Source of the DNA: a virus
Lineage: Duplodnaviria > Caudoviricetes
DNA length: 54,784 bases
Reading direction: 5' to 3' (one strand)
IMG/VR virus record: IMGVR_UViG_3300048851_000236
Span: 1 to 54,784 of that record
Positions 36,812 through 46,891 of this stretch are shown here, in pieces. Numbering within the stretch: position 1 is the first letter of the stretch; the number at the start of each line of letters is the position of its first letter. Under the pieces are notes generated by a model that saw only the letters and a list, made by a program, of their open reading frames with translations, searched no databases and was not told where the DNA came from. Both the position numbers and the translations under genes were made by a program.

Positions 36812-38758
36812 ATGAGCGGAACCCGTGCTGTCCTGAACGATGCCGTCTTCCGCGCGGCGATCCCCCAGACGGCCGCCCAGCTCGACAAGGTGCCTCTTGA
36901 TGCGGATCGGGCAGAGCAAGCCCGCATCAAGGCTGAGGCTGCTGCCGCCAGCGCACCGAATATCGAAGCGGCGCTGAGCGACGTGCCGGCGCGTGTGGTC
37001 ACGGACATTCCGGACTATGGGCTCGCCATTGTTGACCGCGAAGGCAACATCGGTGGCGGTTTGTCTCCTGACGGCCTCACGTTTCGCATTGCCTTGGCGA
37101 TCGTCCAGGGGCTGAGCGACGGAACTCTTAGCATCGGGCGGCGCGATGGTGCCCAGGCGATCAAGTTCCTCAAGGATCGGGTCACCATGCCGTCCGTTGA
37201 GGCGACGATAGCTCGCCTGGGCGGCATGACCATTTCGCACGAGCCCTCCATCACGGACTTCGACTTGGTCTATCGAGACCCGGATGGCTTCTACGTCAAC
37301 GCTCTGAAACTGCCGAGTGCCGGCGGGGGCGGGGCTGACACCGATAGCTACACCGCCGATGTGATCGAGCGCCGCGATGCTGAGGCCTATGCGGCCTCCA
37401 TGCGCGTGGCGCAGCGGTTCGGCTATGCCGATCTCGCCGGCCTGGTCTACCAGGTCAGCCACATCATCGTTTACGGCCAGTCGTGGTCTGTGGGGTACGA
37501 GAGCTATCCGGCGCTGTCGCGGACACCGATGCCGGACGTGCTGATGATTGGCGGCAGCGTCAATGCGGCCTCCAACACGGCAACGACCTGGGCGCCGGTC
37601 GGGGGCAGCGCTGCCCTGACACCCATGGTTGGAGTGGTGCTGAACGGCTCCGGCGGCGTGATGACTGATGCCGAGGTGGCCGCTCTGGCTCCTGGTTCGA
37701 CCAACAGAGGCGAAACGCCGGGCGAGGGTGCCGCGCATATCCTGCGGCGCCGCTATCTCGATTGGATAAGGCAGGCAGCCGATCCTGGGCACCAGTTCCT
37801 CGTCTCGTCCACGGGTGTTGGTGGTCGCACCATCGAGCAGTTGAGCCGCGGAGCAGATCCCGACCTGTTCAACCGCGTCGTGACAGCGGCGCAGGCCGGA
37901 AAGGCGCAGGCCGATGCCGCCGGGAAGTCGTATGGGGTGCCCCTGATCCTATGGATGCAGGGCGAATACAACTACGTCACCACCTACGGCGGCACCACGG
38001 ACAAGGACGCCTACAAGGCACTCCAGAAGCAGCTCTATGCCGACCTTCAGACCTATGTGGTGCAGGGCGTGGCGGGGCAGACGCGCCTACCCGCGATCAT
38101 CACCTATCAGACCTCAGGCTGGTGGGTGAATGACGCGGCCAACATGTCGGTCGCCATGGCGCAACTGGAGAGCGCGGCGGAAACACCGCACGCTTTCCTG
38201 GCCGCCTCGGCTTATCCAGTGACAGACAAAGACGATCACCTGGACGCCAATGGCAGCAGGTGGCTCGGCGCGCAACTCGGCAAGGTGGCGGCCCGCATCC
38301 TGTTGCGCGGCGAGGACTGGGAGCCGATGCAGCCGACCAAATTGACCCGGCGGGGCAGGGAGGTGCTGATCACCTTCCATGTCCCGTGTCCGCCGATGCA
38401 GTTTGCTCTGCCTTACAAGCTGAGCGCCGCCACGGACTACCCGCAGAAGGGCTTCATCGCGAAGGACGACGGCGGCGAGATCACGCTAACCGCCGTCGAG
38501 ATCGTCGGTGCCTGCACACTGCGGCTGAGGCTGGCGCGCGATCCGGTGGGTGCCCTCCACGTCTGGGCCGGCGACAAGACCCGGCACGGCGGCAACGTCT
38601 GCCTGCGCGACAGCGACCCGACGCTCTCCGTCGATACCTATGACTTCCTGAGCGGCATGTATCCCGAGGCGAACATCCCCGCGCTCGTGGGCCAGCCATA
38701 CCCCCTGCACAACTGGTGCGTTGCCGGCCGCTGGCTGGTCGAGAACGAAGGAGCCTGA
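36812..38758 (+). CDS. Tail fibre/spike with SGNH (sialate O-acetylesterase-like) domain
   Basis: YGQSW block I, GVGG block II, WMQGE block III, DKDDH catalytic His. Confidence 0.8.
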   Translation: MSGTRAVLNDAVFRAAIPQTAAQLDKVPLDADRAEQARIKAEAAAASAPNIEAALSDVPARVVTDIPDYGLAIVDREGNIGGGLSPDGLTFRIALAIVQGLSDGTLSIGRRDGAQAIKFLKDRVTMPSVEATIARLGGMTISHEPSITDFDLVYRDPDGFYVNALKLPSAGGGGADTDSYTADVIERRDAEAYAASMRVAQRFGYADLAGLVYQVSHIIVYGQSWSVGYESYPALSRTPMPDVLMIGGSVNAASNTATTWAPVGGSAALTPMVGVVLNGSGGVMTDAEVAALAPGSTNRGETPGEGAAHILRRRYLDWIRQAADPGHQFLVSSTGVGGRTIEQLSRGADPDLFNRVVTAAQAGKAQADAAGKSYGVPLILWMQGEYNYVTTYGGTTDKDAYKALQKQLYADLQTYVVQGVAGQTRLPAIITYQTSGWWVNDAANMSVAMAQLESAAETPHAFLAASAYPVTDKDDHLDANGSRWLGAQLGKVAARILLRGEDWEPMQPTKLTRRGREVLITFHVPCPPMQFALPYKLSAATDYPQKGFIAKDDGGEITLTAVEIVGACTLRLRLARDPVGALHVWAGDKTRHGGNVCLRDSDPTLSVDTYDFLSGMYPEANIPALVGQPYPLHNWCVAGRWLVENEGA

Positions 38759-38759
38759 C

Positions 38760-39512
38760 ATGGCTGCTATTGGTTCAACCGTCATTGACCTTCCTGCCGC
38801 GTCCTTCGCGGCCATCGCAGATGGGTTTATGGCGCCAGTGAGTGGCGGCCTGATCGGGTGGTATTTCCACGGCGGCACGCTGGAGAAGTCTCTGCGCAAT
38901 CTGGCCGGTGGCTTGGCGGCGACGCAGCAGGGCGCCGTGAGCATCGGCGAAAACTGGATCCGCGCCACGCCGTTGATCAACTACATCCAGACGAACCATG
39001 CCGAGACGGCGGATATGACGCTGCTGTCGGTGTTTCGAACGGACCAGAACTTCGCATCGGCAGCAGCGCGGCCGATCATGGTGTCGAACTATACCGGTTC
39101 GCCGTCACGTGGTTTCAGCCTTTACGTGCCCGGAGCTTCCGGCTCGACTACTCCGGCGACTGGCCTGCTGCGTAACACAGTAGGATATGCGGCGGGCGTC
39201 GTGAATGCCAGCCTGACAGTGCCGGACATGACGAGATGGACCTTCGCCGCCGGCACGGTGCAGGCTGGAGTGGGACAGTCCATCTACAACATGACCACCG
39301 GCCAGAAGGCATCTGTTGCTGAGGCGGCCGGCGCCACTCGCAACATCGGCGATCAGATGTTCCGGATCGGCAGCAGCTATAGCACCAACTTCGTCGGCCC
39401 ATCCGACATCGCGTTCACGGCGCTCTACAGCCGAGCGCTCTCAGCGGCAGAGATCGATAAGATCTACCAGTTCATGAAGGGATACTTCGCCCGCCGCTCG
39501 ATGGCGATCTGA
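38760..39512 (+). CDS. LamG/concanavalin-like beta-sandwich tail protein
   Basis: WTFAAGT...FRIGS...DIAFTALYSRALSAAEI. Confidence 0.75.
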   Translation: MAAIGSTVIDLPAASFAAIADGFMAPVSGGLIGWYFHGGTLEKSLRNLAGGLAATQQGAVSIGENWIRATPLINYIQTNHAETADMTLLSVFRTDQNFASAAARPIMVSNYTGSPSRGFSLYVPGASGSTTPATGLLRNTVGYAAGVVNASLTVPDMTRWTFAAGTVQAGVGQSIYNMTTGQKASVAEAAGATRNIGDQMFRIGSSYSTNFVGPSDIAFTALYSRALSAAEIDKIYQFMKGYFARRSMAI

Positions 39513-39557
39513 TCGATGAGCACCATCCGCCGCATCCGGCAGAGGAGGGCCTGAACC

Positions 39558-40223
39558 ATGCCGCTGCGATCCATCCCCGACGCCCAGGACAGTTTTAGCC
39601 GGGCCGAAGTCGAGGCTATGCTCACGGCCGAAAGCGCGAGACAGCAGGCGCACGACGTCAAGGGGCAGCAGCAGACCCATTCGTCTGCGGATATCCTGGC
39701 AGCAAAGTTGACGGCCGCGCTTGCTCCGCACATGCCGAAGCCGGAGAGCAAATCGGATGTTCCGGTGGGGCTGAAGATCATCGGGGCTCTGGGCGCAGCG
39801 GTCCTCACCGGCCTCGGCATTCTAGGCATCGTCTGGCAGGTCGCCATTGGGCCGGTGAATACCCGCCTCGATCTCCTGGAGCGGCAACGGACGGAGACAG
39901 CGGCGGCGCTGACTTTGGCCACCACCCGCTTCCAGGCTCTCGAAACCAAAGCCGCTCAGTTCGAGACGGTGATGGCCAACGCGACCCGCGTCCGCGACCA
40001 GCAGTTGCAGGGCCTGCAGGATCAGGTTCGCGGCCTGTCCAATGCGGACCAAGCCGGGGCCGAGCGGATTTCTGCCCTGGCCAATACGATTGCGGGCATC
40101 CTGCCGCGCCTGGAAGAAATCCTCCGCCGGCAGGAGCGTCTTGAGACCCGGTTGAGCTCTCCAGGGTCGCGCTCGCAAAGTGACGAGCCATCCGTTGCCT
40201 GGGTGCCAGACCGCGACGTCTAA
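39558..40223 (+). CDS. Single-TM coiled-coil protein (lysis-accessory-like)
   Basis: One hydrophobic helix followed by a long coiled coil; GGAGG RBS. Confidence 0.65.
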   Translation: MPLRSIPDAQDSFSRAEVEAMLTAESARQQAHDVKGQQQTHSSADILAAKLTAALAPHMPKPESKSDVPVGLKIIGALGAAVLTGLGILGIVWQVAIGPVNTRLDLLERQRTETAAALTLATTRFQALETKAAQFETVMANATRVRDQQLQGLQDQVRGLSNADQAGAERISALANTIAGILPRLEEILRRQERLETRLSSPGSRSQSDEPSVAWVPDRDV

Positions 40224-40270
40224 CCCGCCGCCGGCCGGCTGCCGGTATCTCTCACATCCCGAGGTAACCC

Positions 40271-42100
40271 ATGCCCGACACCCCTGGTGACGCGGTATCC
40301 GCGTGGCTGCGCGCCATGCTGGATGCTGCGCTGGAGCCGACGCAGACGCGCATTGCTGCGCTGGAACGCCTGATTGCGGAGCGGCTGCCGGTCGCTCTCC
40401 CCCTGCCGGAGCCCTCAGCCCCTCCGCCCGGGCCCGCGCCGCAGCCCGAGCCGGAACCCGCGCCACCCGTCGCGCAGGACCCCAGCCCCGAGCCCGCGCC
40501 CATCGTCGTCACGCCGACGCCCGAGCCACAGCCCGCACCGGCTGGCGCCAACATGGTGGAGATCATCTCTGCATCTGGCGCCGTCTGGCCCCTGGACCTG
40601 GGCGACATCCAGCCCGGCAAGCCGCGCCGCGTCGAGGCAGAGGTGCCCGCCTCGGTGGTGGGCTGCACCTCCATGCGGCTGGCGGTGGATGTTGGCGTTG
40701 CGTCGAATGGCACGGTGTGGGCCGACGTGGCGCCCCGCAACGACATCAGCATGCGCGAGGGCGGGGGCAATGCGGCGCCCTATACCCTCCGCGTCGTGCT
40801 CAACGGCCAGGAGCAGCGTCGGTGGGATGTGCCGCGGCATCCGCAATATATCGGCTGGCTGCGGCAGGTGGCGACCGGGCCGATGCCGGATCTGGTCTGG
40901 CCGAGCCAGGAGACGCTGGATGCGGCAGGCGTGGCCAACTACGTGGGCTCGGTCACGGAAGAGCGGCTGGCGTCCTATGCGGCGGCTATGGCGGACCCAA
41001 GTTGGGACGACCTCTTCAGTCCGCGCTGCATCGCCCAATACATGCCGGGCGTGGGCGGCCGAGATGATATCGGGCCTGCGACGATGGCCCAGGCCGTGGC
41101 GCTGATATCGCGCGATCCCCGCGCGGTCGCTTACCTCATCGGCCAGGCCGAGGCTGCCGCCGGCATCCCCTGGCATCACTGGGATGCTGCGCGTGGCTCC
41201 TGGCTGTCGGTCAAAGACTATCCCCGCATCTGGACGGATAGCCGTGGTGCCGGGCAGGCGGGCGGCACGCTCCTTCAGCCTGTGCCGGGCGATACCGGCT
41301 GGGGACCGGAGAGCGCCCATCAGCCAGACCTCAACTTCGTCGCCTACCTGCTGACCGGCCGGCGCGCCTTCCTCGACGAGCTTCAGGCGCAGGCCGCCTG
41401 GAACATCATCAGCCAGTGGTCCGACCAGCGCGGCGAGAGTGATATGCTGGTGGTCAATGGCAATCAGGTGCGTGGGTCTGCCTGGGCTCTGCGCCAGATC
41501 GACGAAGCCGCCTGGGCCAGCCCAGACGGCAGCGTGGAGAAGGCCTACTTCACCGCCGCTGCGGAGGCGAATTGGCAATGGATTGTGGACAATATCCCGA
41601 TCTGGACGCAGCAGCAGGGCGAGGCGCATGGCTGGCTGCCGGGTGAGTACGGCACCAAGGGCGCGATGCCTCCCTGGCAACAGGACTACTTTGCCTCCTT
41701 CGCCATCGCTTCGGCGCGTCGCGGCAATCCGCACGCCCTGACCTTTCTGCGCTGGGCCTCGAATTTCCTGGTCGGGCGCTTCAAGGCGCTCGGCCACGAC
41801 GGCGCGGCTTATCTGCTGGCGATCAGCGATGCCAAGAGCGGCAAGATCTACAGCACCTGGGCTGAGATCCAGCAGCAGACCAAGGCGCGTGGGCAGTCCA
41901 ACGGCGCGGGTTGGGATCGCGTCGACGGCAACTACGCGCAGTGGGCGAGGGCGACGATGGCTGGTCTTGCCGACCTGCTGGACGACCCCGAAGCCCGCCG
42001 GCTTGTCGACTGGCTGCCGGCGGAGGGTGCGCCCTGGACGCAGCCGGAGGATTTCGTGCGCGATCCGCTGCTGAGCGTCGCGCCCGCCGCCACGCAGTGA
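40271..42100 (+). CDS. Pro-rich-linker protein with putative glycan lyase/hydrolase-like helical-barrel domain
   Basis: PEP/PAP linker; MPGVGGRDDIGP, AHQP...YLLTG...DEL, QVRGSAWALR, PWQQDY motifs. Confidence 0.75.
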   Translation: MPDTPGDAVSAWLRAMLDAALEPTQTRIAALERLIAERLPVALPLPEPSAPPPGPAPQPEPEPAPPVAQDPSPEPAPIVVTPTPEPQPAPAGANMVEIISASGAVWPLDLGDIQPGKPRRVEAEVPASVVGCTSMRLAVDVGVASNGTVWADVAPRNDISMREGGGNAAPYTLRVVLNGQEQRRWDVPRHPQYIGWLRQVATGPMPDLVWPSQETLDAAGVANYVGSVTEERLASYAAAMADPSWDDLFSPRCIAQYMPGVGGRDDIGPATMAQAVALISRDPRAVAYLIGQAEAAAGIPWHHWDAARGSWLSVKDYPRIWTDSRGAGQAGGTLLQPVPGDTGWGPESAHQPDLNFVAYLLTGRRAFLDELQAQAAWNIISQWSDQRGESDMLVVNGNQVRGSAWALRQIDEAAWASPDGSVEKAYFTAAAEANWQWIVDNIPIWTQQQGEAHGWLPGEYGTKGAMPPWQQDYFASFAIASARRGNPHALTFLRWASNFLVGRFKALGHDGAAYLLAISDAKSGKIYSTWAEIQQQTKARGQSNGAGWDRVDGNYAQWARATMAGLADLLDDPEARRLVDWLPAEGAPWTQPEDFVRDPLLSVAPAATQ

Positions 42101-42251
42101 GACCACCCGGCATTCCCCCCTGCCGGATGGTCTCTGCGCAAGAGGTAGTGCCTGGGAGGAACACCACCTCCGCGAGCATCGACGACAATTAACTCGCGCC
42201 GCAAGAGAAAATGGCGTGAGCGCGTCCGTAGCCGGGGCGGCTACCTAGAGT

Positions 42252-42419
42252 TCATTCTTGGCTGTACGGCTCCGCGCCCATGAGGTCGCGATAGCAGTCG
42301 TCGCAAACAATCATGGTGTCGCCCTCGTCTAGGTGGGCACCAATGTCCCTGCCTTGGTCCGGCACAAGAGGGAGGGTGCAATGCTCGCACCCGCAGCCGG
42401 CCGTGATCTGCTTGCCCAT
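42252..42419 (-). CDS. Small zinc-finger-like protein
   Basis: GGAG RBS; CGCEHC...CDDC. Confidence 0.55.
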   Translation of the reverse strand: MGKQITAGCGCEHCTLPLVPDQGRDIGAHLDEGDTMIVCDDCYRDLMGAEPYSQE

Positions 42420-42518
42420 TTTGATCTCCCTAACCCGAGCCCTCCTTACGCGGAGCTCGTGGCTTGAGTGACCGTAGCTGGGCGGCATCCCAGCGCAACC
42501 CACAATTCGGAGTAGCCC

Positions 42519-43118
42519 ATGGGACCGTTAATCCCCGTGGCTGTCTCGTTGCTGCCATCGCTCGCCAAGTGGTTGGCGGGCGACAAAGCAGGCGAGGTAG
42601 CTGCGCGCGCGGCTGGTGTCGTGCAGGCAGTGACCGGCTCGGCTGATCCAAATGAGGTGGCCATGGCCATCTCGGACCCGGTCAAGGCGACCGAGCTGCG
42701 CATCCGACTGGCCGAGATCGAGCACAACGCCGAGGCGGCGGAATACGCCGACCGGGCCAATGCTCGCGAGATGGCAGGCAAGTCCAGCCTCATCGCTTGG
42801 GCGCAGGTGTCCGGTGCCGGCATCGTCCTCGTGCTGTTCGGCTCGATGCTGATGATCCTGGCGTTCCGCGGCGCGCCGACCGATCAGGCCGGGCTGTTCT
42901 ACTACGCCCTTGGCATCCTCTCGGCGCTCGTGACCCAGATCGGCCAGTTCTTCTATGGCAACAGCACGGCAGCCAACAGCGCCAATGCCCGCATGGATCA
43001 GTTGGCTTCCAAGGCGCCGCTCTTGGCTCTTCCGGCACCTCCCGCCGCCATCGCCGGGCCCGTCACCACCGACAGCCTCAACGACGCGGCCCTGGCACAG
43101 GCGAGGGCTGGACGATGA
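42519..43118 (+). CDS. Holin-like membrane protein
   Basis: ADRANARE motif, then two TM helices and FFYGNS; upstream of endolysin. Confidence 0.75.
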   Translation: MGPLIPVAVSLLPSLAKWLAGDKAGEVAARAAGVVQAVTGSADPNEVAMAISDPVKATELRIRLAEIEHNAEAAEYADRANAREMAGKSSLIAWAQVSGAGIVLVLFGSMLMILAFRGAPTDQAGLFYYALGILSALVTQIGQFFYGNSTAANSANARMDQLASKAPLLALPAPPAAIAGPVTTDSLNDAALAQARAGR

Positions 43119-43315
43119 CGCTGCTGTCCTTCCTTCACGCCTTCCTCGGCTTGGGGCGGGAGGCTCCGGCCGCCAGCACCGCCCGTGCGCCGTCTGTTCC
43201 GGTGCCTGTCCCCGGCGTCTACGGACCCGGACAGGTGCCCGTCTACGGGGTGGGTGAGACAATCCCCACTCCGGCCAATTCCTCCCAACCCACTCCTGTG
43301 GAAGAGAAGCCGTGA
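43115..43315 (+). CDS. Small Pro-rich protein in lysis cassette
   Basis: Overlaps holin stop and endolysin start. Confidence 0.5.
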   Translation: MTLLSFLHAFLGLGREAPAASTARAPSVPVPVPGVYGPGQVPVYGVGETIPTPANSSQPTPVEEKP

Positions 43316-43821
43316 AACCGGAAGAATTCCGCCGCGCGGTCATTGAACCTGGCGCGGCTTGGCTGGAGGCCGTGACTGGCCACCGGTCCTCCATCGCAGC
43401 GAAGCGATTGCTGACGGCCATCGCCTACCAAGAGAGCGCCATCCAGCACCGCGCGCAGATCGTGGCAGGCGGCGCGGCCGGTCCAGCTCGTGGGTTCTGG
43501 CAGTTCGAACAGGGAGGGGGCGTGAAGGGGGTGCTGATGCATGGCACCAGCCGCAAGCACGCCTTGGCCTGTTGCGAGGCCGCCTCGGTGGTGCCGGAAC
43601 CTGCACCAGTGTGGCGGGCACTGGAGGGGCATGACCTGCTGGCCTATGCGTTCGCCCGGCTGCTGCTGCTAACCGACCCGTATGCCGTTCCGGAGACAGC
43701 GAGCGCCGGGTGGGACTGCTACGCGAAGCGACTGTGGCGCCCGGGCAAGCCGCATCGCGACAAGTGGGACGCGGCCTGGGCATATGCCGTGGGCCAATAT
43801 CCGCAAGTGGCACTCAGCTAG
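43312..43821 (+). CDS. Endolysin (lysozyme-like fold)
   Basis: LLTAIAYQES catalytic Glu, ARGFWQFE, WRPGKP. Confidence 0.8.
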   Translation: MKPEEFRRAVIEPGAAWLEAVTGHRSSIAAKRLLTAIAYQESAIQHRAQIVAGGAAGPARGFWQFEQGGGVKGVLMHGTSRKHALACCEAASVVPEPAPVWRALEGHDLLAYAFARLLLLTDPYAVPETASAGWDCYAKRLWRPGKPHRDKWDAAWAYAVGQYPQVALS

Positions 43822-43826
43822 TCTAC

Positions 43827-44093
43827 TCAGGAACCCGATCCATCCTCCGGGTGCATCTTGACGGTCGCAGTCGGCCACCCCGTGATTATGTTTTCTTCGA
43901 GAGGAATGAGCTCATCGGGGCGCAGCTTGAGGTTGCATAAGAATGTCTCGGCACCTTCAATCTCGTCGGTCCGCGCGTTGATTGATCCGATATTGAAAAG
44001 GTAATCGCGGACCTCGTGCTTTTCGCTCGGATCCAAGCGGGTCATGGTGACCGCAATTCTAAACATGGTCCGGACTTCATTCTCGTCGTTCAT
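43827..44093 (-). CDS. Small hypothetical moron protein
   Basis: GGAGG RBS before ATG 44093. Confidence 0.6.
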   Translation of the reverse strand: MNDENEVRTMFRIAVTMTRLDPSEKHEVRDYLFNIGSINARTDEIEGAETFLCNLKLRPDELIPLEENIITGWPTATVKMHPEDGSGS

Positions 44094-44274
44094 TCGGTCC
44101 TCCAGACCCATGATGAAAGCAGAGCTTGGGCCCCTGCGCCAGGACGACCTCCTGAGCTGGATCAGGAGCCGGATTTTGGGGATGGCGTGATTGCGTCCGC
44201 CCCATCCATGAAGCCTGGGCACGAATTATCGGGGTACTGACCGCTCAACCCCCTCATCACCCCATTTCGAGAAT

Positions 44275-44880
44275 TCAGTGTCTTAACTGAACCTCAGCGC
44301 CAAACCCGGGCCGCGGAGGCAACTGCTTGAAGGCTTGCTGAGCCTTCTCTATTGTACTCGTCTCGCGATCCTGGGCTTCGCTGATTGCAATATCTGCGGA
44401 CAGCGAAATTAGAGAACGAAGCCCGTCAAAGACGGTAACCACCCGGCACGCAAGCAGCACAAGAGAAAAGGAGAGCAGACCAGAGAAGGCTTTGCCGGCA
44501 TCCCATTGCTGTCCACCTAAAGAAGCCGGCAGCGCTAGAGGAAAGTGCCATCCCGACATCTTCCCGCCGACGACGATAGCGCACGTGGCGAATGCAATAA
44601 TGAACAAACCCGCCCAGATGCGAAGCTGTTGCAGAAGGGCATTCCGGTACTGCTCGATGCGCTTAACCGGCATGCCTCCAGACCTGAGCACGGTTGCCCC
44701 CAGAGCTGCGGTTGGCAGAACCCCGGCCATCAACAGACTGACCAGCGCGACGATCTCTGCAGACGCTTTATCGAACACATCCGCTGGCAAAAAGAACAAA
44801 GAGGCGATCCCAGCCGCACCCGCCACCCAGAAGGGCGTCGCTGGTTGAAGCCTTGCAATGCTGGTCCAACGGCTTGTCAT
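44275..44880 (-). CDS. Four-TM membrane protein (second gene of candidate defence operon)
   Basis: Four hydrophobic segments; ATGA-coupled to upstream gene; lower GC. Confidence 0.85.
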   Translation of the reverse strand: MTSRWTSIARLQPATPFWVAGAAGIASLFFLPADVFDKASAEIVALVSLLMAGVLPTAALGATVLRSGGMPVKRIEQYRNALLQQLRIWAGLFIIAFATCAIVVGGKMSGWHFPLALPASLGGQQWDAGKAFSGLLSFSLVLLACRVVTVFDGLRSLISLSADIAISEAQDRETSTIEKAQQAFKQLPPRPGFGAEVQLRH

Positions 44881-45851
44881 GAGCCAATATAACCATTTTT
44901 GCGGAAATAGGAGTATGCTTCTAATAGGGCCCGTCCAACATCGTCAGTATCCAAGTGAGGGCCTGACTTTAATATATTGGCCGGGTAAGCTAGACGAACC
45001 AGCTTTCGGTGGGAGAAATCACCGCCCTTTCCATGGAATACAACATCGTCCAGATCGGCATTTCTAAAAAGACGTCCAATTTTGTCGCCGTTCACTGACT
45101 TCTTGAACCGGCCTTCTTTGAATTTGATCTGGATTGTTACATCAAGTTCTGTCTCGCCCTGCACGAGCTTTTGCACATCAGCCTCATCCATTCCAGCTGC
45201 GCATAGAACGTCTAGAACCCTCATTCGGCCGACACCATGCTGAGTGCCACCGCCGCCCGTAAGTTCACCCTGGTCGAAAGTGGACCGGCGTAGAGCGTCA
45301 GGATGTACGGTGACGCTACTCACAGGCGGCAGTTCTCGATCAACGCTTTCCAGCTTGATCTGCGATGCCAGGACCACTCCTGCGGACTTGCTCAAGAGAT
45401 TGGTCTTCCTCGTGAGTAGCCAGCGGATATAACGCTCCAGCCGAGCTGGTGAGATGTCACCTGGTATTAGTGTCATGTCGTTGCCAACGACCAGGAAGTA
45501 CAAAATACCCTTTAACGCCTCATGCCCGCTTGGAGCAGTCGCGCTGCTCAAGTTATAAAATCCGCCTTCGCTTTCCTTGAAAAGTAGTGGGAGCTTGGCT
45601 CCTTCTTCGAACCGAACCAATTCACCGAAGAAGAACTCATCGGGATTATGGAAAAGATTTAGAGCGACGGCTCCATACTCATCATCTTCGTGATTGGTTC
45701 GATTTTCGGTGTGGCCTCCTACCTTTCGTCCTTCGACATCGGTCCTCATAGCCTCGTTGAGGGCGCCTTGAAGGCTGTAGTTGCCAAAGAACCGCTGTTC
45801 GTCATCCAAACGCCGGTACTGGATCGTCACGCTCTTGCGGTCGCTCGGCAC
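44877..45851 (-). CDS. Soluble ~324-aa hypothetical protein (first gene of candidate defence operon)
   Basis: GTG start 45851 after GGAG; visibly lower GC than flanks. Confidence 0.85.
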   Translation of the reverse strand: MPSDRKSVTIQYRRLDDEQRFFGNYSLQGALNEAMRTDVEGRKVGGHTENRTNHEDDEYGAVALNLFHNPDEFFFGELVRFEEGAKLPLLFKESEGGFYNLSSATAPSGHEALKGILYFLVVGNDMTLIPGDISPARLERYIRWLLTRKTNLLSKSAGVVLASQIKLESVDRELPPVSSVTVHPDALRRSTFDQGELTGGGGTQHGVGRMRVLDVLCAAGMDEADVQKLVQGETELDVTIQIKFKEGRFKKSVNGDKIGRLFRNADLDDVVFHGKGGDFSHRKLVRLAYPANILKSGPHLDTDDVGRALLEAYSYFRKNGYIGS

Positions 45852-46177
45852 TCCAGTTCTCCGTATATTTCTCTGCAAAGATGGTCGAGGAAATCGCATT
45901 CGGGCAAGCCAGCAATATCCGCCATGCCTTAGCTCGCCCGGAGGCTGGTTCAGCAGATGTTGAGAGGCTGGACCCGAGTGCATCCGCCGCCTGCTTGGTG
46001 CAGCAAGCACCATCAAATCAAAGCCGCCCGGTGGGAAACTGCCGAGCGGTTTTTCGTGTGTTCTCAAGCTGAGGGACTGCATAGGTCTATGAGCCGCTAG
46101 GCGCCCAGCCGGTGAGAGGCTATGCCGAGCGCCCGGCGGATTGGCCGTCTCAGGTTAGCGGACCGTAGGTTCTCTCG

Positions 46178-46507
46178 ATGTCTCCTTTGCGATCAGCTCT
46201 CGTGGCTCTCTGCATTCTGGTGCCCGCAGCAGCTCCGGCGATTGCCGCCGATCATGTGTCTATGGTCCTGGATGATCGGGGGTGTGAGCAGATCGATACT
46301 TTTGCGCAGTACCACGCTTTGCTGAGCCGCGAGCAGTATCACGAAGCTAACAGCCTGCTTTCAACCTGCCTCCGTGTCTCCGCTGGCACGCGTCTCTCCA
46401 GGCCCATAGAGACGAGGAAGGTGCCTTTTGGCCGTTTCATCCGCGTCTCCACGCCATCAGGCGAGCGGGTATGGATAGCGGCTGGCAGCACGGACTGGCG
46501 GGGCTAG
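46178..46507 (+). CDS. Putative exported protein (signal peptide, two mature-region Cys)
   Basis: MSPLRSALVALCILVPAAAPAIA signal-like N-terminus. Confidence 0.65.
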   Translation: MSPLRSALVALCILVPAAAPAIAADHVSMVLDDRGCEQIDTFAQYHALLSREQYHEANSLLSTCLRVSAGTRLSRPIETRKVPFGRFIRVSTPSGERVWIAAGSTDWRG

Positions 46508-46859
46508 ACAGCGTTAGACCTGGAGAGGGCTCCTGCAGTCGCTTGCCTCTCCCATGCTGAAGCGGCGCCATGTCCTTCCTCCGCCATGCGGTCTTCTGCT
46601 CTCTGTCTGTGGTCGAAACAAACTCTCGCGAGGGCCAAGCGAATGGACGATCTCATGCGGGAAGGTTGAGCGCACCAGTGCTATGATCCTCCGGCTGCGG
46701 CGGCGTGGAAGGACACGCAGGGGCACCATCTGACGGTACAGGGCGCTCCTTTGGGGCGCTTCCTTCAGGCAGCCGGTTTCGAGTTCGGCCCGCAGCAACA
46801 AGGTCACCCGCTCTCTGAGATGACATCCTAGGCCCTGGCCTCAGTGATCGGGGTTGAAG

Positions 46860-46891
46860 CCGCCTGGTGGGGAGACCTGCCGGGCGGTTTT
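46860..46891 (+). terminator. Intrinsic terminator-like hairpin
   Basis: CCGCCTGGTGG...CCTGCCGGGCGG followed by TTTT. Confidence 0.6.

Noticed and set aside
33256-42100. Diversity-generating retroelement or invertible tail-fibre cassette
   Set aside because: No reverse transcriptase, invertase or template/variable repeat pair seen
40415-42106. 563-aa minus-strand ORF (likewise 10287-11726, 14845-16305, 17368-18702, 47577-48794)
   Set aside because: Shadow frames opposite well-supported genes
45852-46082. N-terminal extension of the 401-aa ORF
   Set aside because: A better start (GTG 45851 with GGAG) exists; the upstream part looks like promoter/UTR
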